Source: Elusimicrobiota bacterium (GTDB lineage: Bacteria > CG03 > SLGR01 > JBDRKX01). From it: a stretch of DNA of 10,453 nucleotides. Shown in pieces: positions 1 to 7,400 of this stretch; within the stretch, counting starts at the first letter, position 1; each line of letters starts with the position of its first letter. A program made the position numbers and the translations under genes. The notes under the pieces are model-generated. The model saw nothing but the letters and a program-made list of their open reading frames with translations, searched no databases and was not told the origin of the DNA. Where the stretch lies: NCBI GenBank assembly GCA_043813605.1, contig JBDRKX010000067.1, positions 1 through 10,453 on the forward strand, given 5' to 3'.

Positions 1-134
1 GAGTTAAGAAATGACACACAGAAGTAGCTCAATGAATTTTGTCATCATTTTTATCGACGAAGACATTACCAGAAAATATTCTTTTGGCATGTCTTGAAAA
101 GGAGGAAATGGCCTTTTCTGCGCTAACTGAGTAG

Positions 135-335
135 TCATCAAAGAAAAAGACAGATGAGATCAAGAAAAAAGATTACTACTGTTCCGAGAGGGTCTACGGG
201 AGTTTTACCCGTAATATACCTTTACCGGTACCCGTAGATAAGGACAACATAAAAGCTTCTTATAAGAAGGGTGTCCTTACTGTCGAACTCCCGAAAAGCA
301 AAGAAGCTGCTTCCAGGGATATCGAGATACAGTAA
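135..335 (+). pseudogene. C-terminal fragment of an Hsp20/alpha-crystallin small heat-shock protein, 5'-truncated
   Basis: Manual translation from 141: KKKTDEIKKKDYYCSERVYGSFTRNIPLPVPVDKDNIKASYKKGVLTVELPKSKEAASRDIEIQ* (TAA 333-335). It has the ER-x-YGSF-x-R, A-x-Y-x-x-GVL and terminal IxI motifs of sHsps. All three frames are closed just upstream (TAA 124, TGA 128, in-frame TAG 132), so the N-terminal half is missing. Confidence 0.8.
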
Positions 336-348
336 CATAGTCTATCCT

Positions 349-385
349 AGAGAGGCCGGCTCGTTCCTGCAGCCGGTCTCTCTTT
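349..385. terminator. Probable intrinsic, possibly bidirectional, terminator between convergent hsp20 fragment and apbE
   Basis: AGAGAGGCCGGCT (349-361) pairs with AGCCGGTCTCTCT (371-383): 13-bp stem with one G-U pair and a 9-nt loop, followed by T-rich sequence on the + strand, between two convergent stop codons. Confidence 0.7.
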
Positions 386-425
386 GAAGCTTTTTAACTT
401 TCCTTGAATGCCCGCAGATATACTA

Positions 426-1445
426 TCATCTGTTTATCCATTTTATCCTTTCCCTAAGTCCGTTAGACGTAACAATATTGCCGTCGCTGTCGATTATTAT
501 CGCTTCAAACCCCTTTTTGCCATCTATTGCTTTCATCCCTTTATCAGCGCCAAGGACAAAGACTGCCGTGGCCCACGCATCGGCATCAGCCGCTTCTGGG
601 CATAATACCGTAACACTTTGAACTCCTTTTGCCGGATACCCGGTTCCCGGATCTAAAATATGATGATACCGGATCCCGTTTTTGATAAAAAATCTCTCAT
701 AATCTCCGGAAGTTACAACTGCCGTATCAGATACTTCAATTATTCCCATTATTGAATCCCTGCTGGGATCTTTTATGCCCACGCGCCACGGTTTCTTTGA
801 TATCTTGCCCATGGCATACAGATCGCCTCCCGCATTTACAAGCGCATTATTAAAACCGGCCTGCCTGATAACTCTTACCGCCTCATCTACAGCATATCCT
901 TTAACAATACCTCCGAGATCTATCATCACTCCGGGTTCAGCTGTTTTCAGTATTCCGTCTTCTACCGCTATTTTTCTGGAATCTGTGATCTTCAAGATTT
1001 CTATTATGCTCTTTTCATCCGGCATACCCGGAGAATCCCCGTAAAATCCCCAGAGTTCCGACAGCCTGTAAACCGTAGGGTCAAATGCGCCGCTGCTCTC
1101 AGAACCTATTTTTAAGGCCTTTTTCATCACATCGATTATTTCATTATCATTCACGTTTATACGTTCATGATTGAACCTGTATAGAATGCTCTTTTTGTCA
1201 TGAACATTGAATTTAGTCTCTATCTCAGCCATCTTTTTGAAAGCCTTGTCTGCAGCCTGCCCTGCATTGTTTTCGTTTCCGGGAATAGTTATCTCGCAAT
1301 ATGTATCGAATAAGAGCCTTGTCTCGCGGTACGGTTCTCTTTCACTGCATCCTGTCATAGACAATACAGATGACAGGAACACTAAGAACAGCAGTGCTGC
1401 GAATTTGCGTGCTGTATGCCTTATATATTTAGCGGGATATTGCAT
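426..1445 (-). CDS. apbE: FAD:protein FMN transferase (ApbE family), predicted lipoprotein
   Basis: Motifs GAFDPTV, DLGGIVKGYAVD, VNAGGDL, TSGDYERF, YHHILDP.TGYP and ADAWATA. N-terminal hydrophobic segment ends in a lipobox-like MTGC. Confidence 0.95.
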   Translation of the reverse strand: MQYPAKYIRHTARKFAALLFLVFLSSVLSMTGCSEREPYRETRLLFDTYCEITIPGNENNAGQAADKAFKKMAEIETKFNVHDKKSILYRFNHERINVNDNEIIDVMKKALKIGSESSGAFDPTVYRLSELWGFYGDSPGMPDEKSIIEILKITDSRKIAVEDGILKTAEPGVMIDLGGIVKGYAVDEAVRVIRQAGFNNALVNAGGDLYAMGKISKKPWRVGIKDPSRDSIMGIIEVSDTAVVTSGDYERFFIKNGIRYHHILDPGTGYPAKGVQSVTVLCPEAADADAWATAVFVLGADKGMKAIDGKKGFEAIIIDSDGNIVTSNGLRERIKWINR

Positions 1446-1821
1446 GATATCTATTGTCTGTTCCTTCTATCTTGACCAGCATCCCGTTAGGGGCGCATAC
1501 AATGCATTCTCCAGCTCGTGTAATGGGGTGTGTTCTGACACATATCTTGTGACGACAGGGCGATTCCAGTACTTTTACGCCCTCTTTTTCAACTATAACT
1601 ATAAACGGGCCTGTTTCCAGATCTATCTCTATTTTACCGGGCTTGCCGTATTCCAGGCTCTCAACCAGCTCTTCATTATGATAAATAAGAACCCGGGCGG
1701 GCTCTGAATGAACCGATCCGGCAACAAAAGGGAAGACAATGGCAACGGCTAGAACCGCTGCTATAATGATCAGATCGTACTTGCTGAATATGTGTATTTT
1801 ATCTGTTTTCAATTTTGACAA
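1429..1821 (-). CDS. NusG domain II-containing membrane-anchored protein (Lin0431/DUF1312-like)
   Basis: N-terminal TM helix (DLIIIAAVLAVAIVF) followed by the S-x-C-x-x-K-I-C ... G-E-x-I-V-C-x-P-N signature. Overlaps the apbE start, a known genomic association. Confidence 0.85.
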   Translation of the reverse strand: MSKLKTDKIHIFSKYDLIIIAAVLAVAIVFPFVAGSVHSEPARVLIYHNEELVESLEYGKPGKIEIDLETGPFIVIVEKEGVKVLESPCRHKICVRTHPITRAGECIVCAPNGMLVKIEGTDNRYHAISR

Positions 1822-1827
1822 TTACCG

Positions 1828-2469
1828 CTACTTAAAAATATCTCCGGCTTCTTTTGCCCAAAAAAGCAGATCCAGGTGGGAAAGCGGGATTTTTATCTTA
1901 CCGGAGAATATTTTCATTTTTTGTTCAATTTCAAAATATTTTTTAGGGGAAATCGACTTGGGAATTTCTTTAATTACGCCGTGGATCTTCAGATTCTTAA
2001 GAATATGTCTGTCCAAAATAGCGATATCTTTTCCGAACCCTATATTTCTCAAGAAATGGCTGGACTCCTTATACCCCATTCCGCAGATATTTTTTACAAG
2101 CCAGTCTCTCAGTTCTAAAATATTTCCGGTTTTCCTTATCTCTTTCTTTATTGCAGCAAGTTGTTTCCGGACATTAACAATATATCCAGCCTTATTGTTC
2201 ATAAACCTGACTCCGTTAATATTGCTGCTTACCTGACCGGCTGTACCCTTGAATAATAATCCTTTATTTTTAAGCCCGGTTACAGCTGCCCAGCATGTCC
2301 TGGCTTTAGATTGGGGAGTAAGAAGACAGAAACACAATTCTGCAAAAAGCTTTTTATCGCTTTTTGTTTTCCATAAACCGTTGAATTCTTCCAGCCTTTT
2401 TTCGATATCCGCATTCAGCTTTACATAAGATTCCCGGAGGCTTTTCAATCCGATTTCAGATGCGGGCAT
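1828..2469 (-). CDS. ogg: 8-oxoguanine DNA glycosylase/AP lyase (archaeal/thermophile-type OGG2 family)
   Basis: ELCFCLLT, HhH region GMGYKESSHFLRNIG (catalytic Lys), AILDRHIL (catalytic Asp), LDLLFW and terminal Lys (IFK). 213 aa. Confidence 0.92.
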   Translation of the reverse strand: MPASEIGLKSLRESYVKLNADIEKRLEEFNGLWKTKSDKKLFAELCFCLLTPQSKARTCWAAVTGLKNKGLLFKGTAGQVSSNINGVRFMNNKAGYIVNVRKQLAAIKKEIRKTGNILELRDWLVKNICGMGYKESSHFLRNIGFGKDIAILDRHILKNLKIHGVIKEIPKSISPKKYFEIEQKMKIFSGKIKIPLSHLDLLFWAKEAGDIFK

Positions 2470-2477
2470 ATAACTGC

Positions 2478-3223
2478 TTATTTAACGACCACAGATGCGG
2501 CATTATCAAACGGGTTTGTCCTCATAGCAAGTGAGAACAGATAAGGATAACTGTTCTTTAAATGTCCCATATAATCCAGCCACTGGCGCATGAGCAATCC
2601 ATAGACTCTTTTTATGTCGCCTTCGAGATGTTTGTAATCGGTATCAGGCAGTTGACCCAGGTCTTTCCTGTGTGCTAATTCTTCCGTTAAATGGAATACT
2701 GCCCACAAAAGGTCGGTAAACCGTTCATGTTCCAGTAGAATGGGATTTTCAAGCAGTCTTATGAAGAATCCGCGTTTTCCCAAAAGAAAGCGGCGCAGTT
2801 TTTCCAGGTCAGCGCCTTTTATATCTATATTATATTCGCATTCCTTTAACTGTTTATGTATTTTTAAAAACTCTTTTGCTGACCATTCGTTGGTTACTAT
2901 AAGACAATCTTTTATTTTATGGAGTTCTGTATTGATATCGGAAAAATAACTTATAAGCTCTGTTCCTGCTTCGCTGAAAAAGGCTCCTATTATCATATTC
3001 AGTTTTTCCATCATTATGCTTTTTCCCCTTTTGTCAGCAGCCTGTGTATAATCAGTGTCACAAGCAGTACTTCTACAGGAACAAATGCAACATCTCCGAG
3101 CAAATAGATGACGATATGATGCATGTCTTTAAATATAATAAAATGCAGGCCATACATAAGTACCGACAGTAACACCAATGTTATGCCCAGTATAACCTGC
3201 CAGCTGAAATATTTTCTTTTCAT
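2478..3223 (-). pseudogene. Hypothetical membrane protein, apparently one gene split by a -1 frameshift (two TM helices plus helical soluble domain)
   Basis: ORFs 3014..3223 and 2478..3014 abut (TAATG). The junction follows the homopolymer tract AAAA GGGG AAAAA (3020-3032). Adding one base gives a continuous 248-aa ORF (...IIHRLLTKGEKSIMMEKLNMIIGAFFSE...). Two translationally coupled genes cannot be excluded. Confidence 0.6.
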
Positions 3224-3258
3224 ATATTCCCCTCCATTGAAAGGACATATAATAATGC

Positions 3259-3654
3259 CTATTTATTCAGATCGAAATACGCGGCGATAAGTAACGCTAC
3301 TGCAGAAAGAACGAAAATAAACAAATAGTTTATCCTTTCCTTGACAGAACTTATACCGCAGAGTATTTTGCTTACCATATCATAATCTTCTTCTGTCAGG
3401 TTCTCATGACCGCCTATTTTCTTGATAAGGTCATTATGTTCTATGATTTCCGACCTCGATTTAAATACCTTGTATTTATAGATAAAAAACACGAAAAAAC
3501 CTATTACGCCGATATACCAGGCGATCTTGCCGTAAACAGGTACGATCCTCATTGCTATCGAAGCGATCATGCCTATAATAACGAATATCCATGAAGCATA
3601 CGAATCCCTGCATCTTTTATACTCGGAACATCCTGTGCATTTATTATCTCTCAT
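3259..3654 (-). CDS. Hypothetical membrane protein (about 3 TM helices) with N-terminal CxxC-x5-C motif
   Basis: 131-aa ORF in operon orientation with hydrophobic segments WIFVIIGMIASIAM, IAWYIGVIGFFVFFIY and YLFIFVLSAVALLIAAYF. N-terminus is CTGCSEYKRC. Confidence 0.8.
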   Translation of the reverse strand: MRDNKCTGCSEYKRCRDSYASWIFVIIGMIASIAMRIVPVYGKIAWYIGVIGFFVFFIYKYKVFKSRSEIIEHNDLIKKIGGHENLTEEDYDMVSKILCGISSVKERINYLFIFVLSAVALLIAAYFDLNK

Positions 3655-3699
3655 GATCTTTAGTATTTAGTGCGAAAATATATACATAAGAACGCTGTA

Positions 3700-5423
3700 T
3701 TATATCTTCTTCATAAAATACTCGCTTATGCTCTCCTTGGAATGAATCTTATAAAACTCTTTCAGCATATCTTTATTCCTTGGGATATGCAGGTTCAGCA
3801 GTTCGCATTTTATGTCGCTGAACTTGGAAACAGCCACACTGAAACTCTTCAGTCCCATCTGCAGGAATAACGGGTAGAACTCTTCAAAGAAGGCTATTTC
3901 GCCGCAAAGACATATTTCCTTTTTAAACTTTCTTCCTGCCCTCGCTATGATATCCATCATCTTAACCAGGGTCGGGTGAAGGATATGGTACCTGTCTTCT
4001 ACCATCGAATTCCCCCTGAACGCTGCAAGTGAATACTGCAGAAGATCATTAGAACCTATATTAACGAAATCCACTTCATTCAGAAGCTCCTCAGCCATCA
4101 TCACTGCGGACGGAGTCTCTATCATTACTCCTTCTTTTATATTTTCATTGTTGAATTCTGCTTTTTCTTTCTTGAGTATCTTTCCGGCCTCTCTGATAAT
4201 ATTTCTGAATGTCTCCAGATCATATAAATCGGATACCATCGGATAAAGTAATTGCAGATTAGTCATCCCCGCGCCGGCGCGAAGCAGCGCTTTCATCTGG
4301 CTGAGATATATGTCCGGAAATGATTCTACGGCGACTGCTCCCCGCAGTTCTATATCACGGGTAATCTTGTCCGGCATTTTTAAATATAGCGGCTTTTTGT
4401 CTAATCCTATATCAAGCAGTCTTATAGAAACCGGTTTCCCGGGATTCTCCTCAAGAATACTCTTATACATCGTGTATTGCTCGTCTTCTGAAGGAGCTTT
4501 ATCCCTCTGTACGAATAAGAATTCTGTTCTCAGCAGGCCGATACCGTCATGGGGCATCTCTCTTATTGCATGCAGTTCTTCGGAAATACTGATATTCACT
4601 TTCAGTTTAATTCTCTCCCCGCCCTTTGTCCTGGGCGCCAGATCCTTTTTTACCAGACAAAGGGTTTTTTTCTGCTCGATCGCCTTTATCTTCCGGTCAT
4701 AGTAATGGCTGGTTTTTTCATCAGGAGAAATAATGACTTTCCCCAGGGAACCGTCAACAATAACATTCATTCCGCAATCCAGATTATCCGTTACATTTAT
4801 ACCGTATATATTCGGCACACCGTAAGATCTTGCCAGTATAGTCGCGTGATTTGTAAAGCCGCCCTGCTCTGTAACAAATGCAAGAACATTCTCTCTCTGA
4901 ATTCCCAGTACCATGGACGGCGTTAGCCTCTTCGAAGCTACTATAACCGGATCTTTTTCGCCTATCGCACATTTAAACTTTCCGGTTTCAAGGTTAAAGG
5001 CGCCTATAATACGGTTTCTGATATCAATAAAATCATTGGCCAGTTCCCTGAAATGTTTATCCTTTTTTTCGAATCCCTTAATATACTCTTCGAAAACATC
5101 GTTTACGGCATGCTCCGCATTGATCTTTTTTGTTTTGATCAGGCCTGATATCTTTCGGTACAACCCGCCGTCGTTGAGAAACGATAAATACGCGCTGAAT
5201 ATATCTCTTGCTTCCTTGTCCAGCTGCCTGTCGGCAAGCTGAGTCATCTCTTCCATTTCTTTTTTGCGGTTTCCCGGGCTTCTTCCAGGCGGTTCAATTC
5301 TTTAGGTATATATTCGTCTTTTACCACATAATGAGGAAGCCGGTCTTCTATTTCATTTGAATAGAGGCATACGATCCCCCTGCTTATTCCCGGTGAGACC
5401 GATGTGCCCTTCAGTATTTTCAT
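3700..5423 (-). CDS. ptsI: Phosphoenolpyruvate-protein phosphotransferase (PTS Enzyme I-like), interrupted by a -1 frameshift near 5259-5265
   Basis: Main ORF 3700..5256 has the phospho-His motif GGFTNHATILAR, GIGLLRTEFLF, IRLLDIG.DK, MIETPSA, IGSNDL.QY and LCGE. A separate frame 5244..5423 encodes a typical EI N-terminus (MKILKGTSVSPGISRG...KELNRLEEARETAKK). Joining them with one extra base gives 574 aa, the normal EI length. Confidence 0.88.
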
Positions 5424-5441
5424 AATATTTTAGCTGTTATA

Positions 5442-5612
5442 TTAATAGAAAAATATCACTATCAGCGCATGGGCTGTGGCTATTGCCATGGTCAGTATTG
5501 CCAGTAACTTATGTCTTTTCAGCTTCCATTTAAATAAGCCGCTGAGGATAGTAACTGCTACCATCAGGTACGTAAGTATGCCCAGAGGTTTAACAAATTG
5601 ATAAATTTCCAT
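5442..5612 (-). CDS. Small 56-aa two-TM membrane protein with H-x13-H (possible heme b ligands); not in ORF track
   Basis: Manual translation: MEIYQFVKPLGILTYLMVAVTILSGLFKWKLKRHKLLAILTMAIATAHALIVIFFY*. A GGGGGAG Shine-Dalgarno-like sequence lies just upstream and the ORF fills the gap between neighbouring genes. Confidence 0.8.
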   Translation of the reverse strand: MEIYQFVKPLGILTYLMVAVTILSGLFKWKLKRHKLLAILTMAIATAHALIVIFFY

Positions 5613-5700
5613 TTCTCCCCCCTATTTTTCTTCCTTCATTAGCACTGTATCCAGTGCTTTAAATTCCATACGGAACTTTTCCTGTATATTGTCCCGGAAA

Positions 5701-6207
5701 CTACTCTGAAAATACCAGATGGTCTTTTTCTATTTCCACCAGGGCATTAAAAAGCTCTTTAACCCTTTCATTTTCAGCTTCTCCGGCAGCTTTACCGTAG
5801 AATTCAATAGCCCTTGTCTCTCTGGCATGAGATTCTATCAGGTTTTCCCTGTTGGTATCATTACAAGCGTCATTGCCCTGAGGAACGCTATTAAGTTTCA
5901 GTATCTTCTTCCATATACTTGCATGCTCTGCTTCCACTTTCGACAATGCTTTAAAAAGCAATCTGCCGAAGTCATCTTCTGATTTCTTTGACGCACAGGC
6001 ATAGAAGGCGGCACTGCCAACTTCCACTTCCAGTGCATGCTCTGCATTTGTTCTGTCAGTCTCGTTTAGTTCTACATCAAAATCGGCCTGAGTTTCTTTT
6101 GCTTCCTTTATATACGGTTTATGCGCCCCGCAGAAAGGACAGTTGTCCGGTGCGGATTCCCCTACATAAGGCTCTCCGCAGATTCTACATCTCCATAGTT
6201 TAACCAT
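5701..6207 (-). CDS. Reverse-rubrerythrin-like protein (N-terminal rubredoxin-like domain plus ferritin-like diiron domain)
   Basis: Start reassigned to ATG 6207 (GAGG upstream). WRCRICG...PDNCPFCGA is followed by two E...ExxH diiron repeats (EAEH, EKDH). 168 aa. Confidence 0.88.
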   Translation of the reverse strand: MVKLWRCRICGEPYVGESAPDNCPFCGAHKPYIKEAKETQADFDVELNETDRTNAEHALEVEVGSAAFYACASKKSEDDFGRLLFKALSKVEAEHASIWKKILKLNSVPQGNDACNDTNRENLIESHARETRAIEFYGKAAGEAENERVKELFNALVEIEKDHLVFSE

Positions 6208-6239
6208 ATTTACCTCATTTTCATTATTAAACTGATTTA

Positions 6240-6815
6240 TTACCAATTTTCCGAGCGTACTTCGTAATATGCCTGCGGATGAGCGCATGCAGGACACAAT
6301 TCAGGCGCTTCTATACCTTCATGTATATATCCGCAGTTAAGGCATTTCCATTTTACGACTTTATCTTTTTTGAAGACTGTACCTTTCTCGATATTAGCTA
6401 GCAGGCCGCGGAATCTTTTCTCATGCTGTTCCTCAACTTCAGCTATTTCTTTGAATTGATCTGCAATTTCCGGGAATCCCTCTTCTCTTGCAGTATTTTT
6501 TGCGTCAAGATACAGTTTTGTCCATTCTTCATTTTCTCCGTCAGCTGCTGCCTTAAGATTTTCGGCCGTTGTACCGATGATTCCCGCAGGATATACCGCG
6601 GTTATTTCCAGATCGCCGCCTTCGAGAAGCTTGAAAAATATCTTTGCATGTTCTTTCTCGTTATCTGCTGTCTCCTGAAATATGTTGGAGATCTGGATAT
6701 AGCCTTCCTTTTTCGCAACGCTTGTAAAAAAAGTATAGCGGTTTCTTGCCTGTGATTCTCCCGCAAATGCAGTCAATAGATGTTTTTCTGTTTTTGTTCC
6801 CTTTATACTACTCAT
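6240..6815 (-). CDS. rbr: Rubrerythrin
   Basis: AFAGESQARNRY, NEKEHA, GENEEW, VEEQHE and a C-terminal rubredoxin domain WKCLNCGY...CPACAHP. AAAGGAGG SD upstream. Confidence 0.97.
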   Translation of the reverse strand: MSSIKGTKTEKHLLTAFAGESQARNRYTFFTSVAKKEGYIQISNIFQETADNEKEHAKIFFKLLEGGDLEITAVYPAGIIGTTAENLKAAADGENEEWTKLYLDAKNTAREEGFPEIADQFKEIAEVEEQHEKRFRGLLANIEKGTVFKKDKVVKWKCLNCGYIHEGIEAPELCPACAHPQAYYEVRSENW

Positions 6816-6826
6816 TTCATACCTCC

Positions 6827-6935
6827 TTTATTACAAGAACGCTAAAGCCACGGGTTTTATCCGTGGCTGAAGCGTATAACTAACGGCGAAGCCGTCACAG
6901 TGCGTAACAAACACCACGGGCTTTGCCCGTGGTTG
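6827..6935 (-). mobile_element. Non-autonomous IS200/IS605-superfamily-like miniature element (palindrome-associated, 109 bp)
   Basis: Two related subterminal hairpins, ACCACGGGC-ttt-GCCCGTGGT (6913-6933) and AGCCACGG-gttttat-CCGTGGCT (6846-6868), plus a central ACGGC-gaa-GCCGT (6883-6895). ATAAA occurs on the minus strand at both junctions (6936-6940 and 6827-6831). Confidence 0.75.
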
Positions 6936-6936
6936 T

Positions 6937-7377
6937 TTATAATTCAGTTTCGGACATCCACGAGCCATGAATATTGCAGTGCGAAACAACCGAGATATTT
7001 CCGGTATCAGCCTTCAGATGAAGGGCTGCAGCAGGATTCAGTTTTTCCGGAGTCAGATGTACTCTCGCAAGAAACTGCTTATCCAGATAGAAGTCTATGC
7101 TTGTAATGTAGTGTTCTGCCAGCATCGGATGGACTATTTCGCCCATCCTTGCATGAACATCATGGCATCCGTCTATAAGATTGCATGCTTTTGCAACAGT
7201 TATCTGCGGAATATGTTTCTTTTCCAGTTCGGAAAGGCTGCCCGCATCCTGAGGCTGTTTGATCGCATCCTCTTTCTCTGCGAATTTTTCTTTCGGTGAA
7301 TAACAGACCGGACAGTTATCCGGAACATCCCCGGAAAGAACTATATAACCGCATACTCCGCATACATGTGCTTTCAT
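6937..7377 (-). CDS. Superoxide reductase (desulfoferrodoxin/neelaredoxin catalytic domain) with N-terminal rubredoxin-like domain
   Basis: Active-site motifs EKKHIP, HPM..EHYI and CNIHG.W. N-terminus is CGVC-x12-CPVC. AAGGAG SD upstream. Confidence 0.92.
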   Translation of the reverse strand: MKAHVCGVCGYIVLSGDVPDNCPVCYSPKEKFAEKEDAIKQPQDAGSLSELEKKHIPQITVAKACNLIDGCHDVHARMGEIVHPMLAEHYITSIDFYLDKQFLARVHLTPEKLNPAAALHLKADTGNISVVSHCNIHGSWMSETEL

Positions 7378-7400
7378 AATGCATCTCCTTCCGCTTAATT

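Noticed and set aside
108..335. ATG at 108 after GGAGG, in frame with the Hsp20 fragment through a TAG at 132 (possible amber readthrough or pyrrolysine)
   Set aside because: SD spacing is only 2 nt, the peptide MAFSALTE is not Hsp20-like, the product would still lack half of the alpha-crystallin domain, and TAG is an ordinary stop elsewhere in the window.
5622..5669. 15-aa minus-strand ORF MEFKALDTVLMKEEK containing a 7-bp hairpin AGCACTG-tatc-CAGTGCT (5641-5658)
   Set aside because: Too short to support, with a weak SD. The hairpin has no U-tract in the operon direction, so it cannot be called a terminator or leader peptide.
6208..6297. 30-aa N-terminal extension of the 5701..6297 ORF in the track
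   Set aside because: It overlaps the 3' end of rbr. ATG 6207 has an SD and starts directly at the rubredoxin-like domain.
6846..6933. Palindromic repeats as a mini CRISPR array or simple terminators
   Set aside because: There are only two non-identical repeats, no cas genes, and no U-tract in the operon direction. The flanking ATAAA motifs and clean empty site fit a mobile element better.
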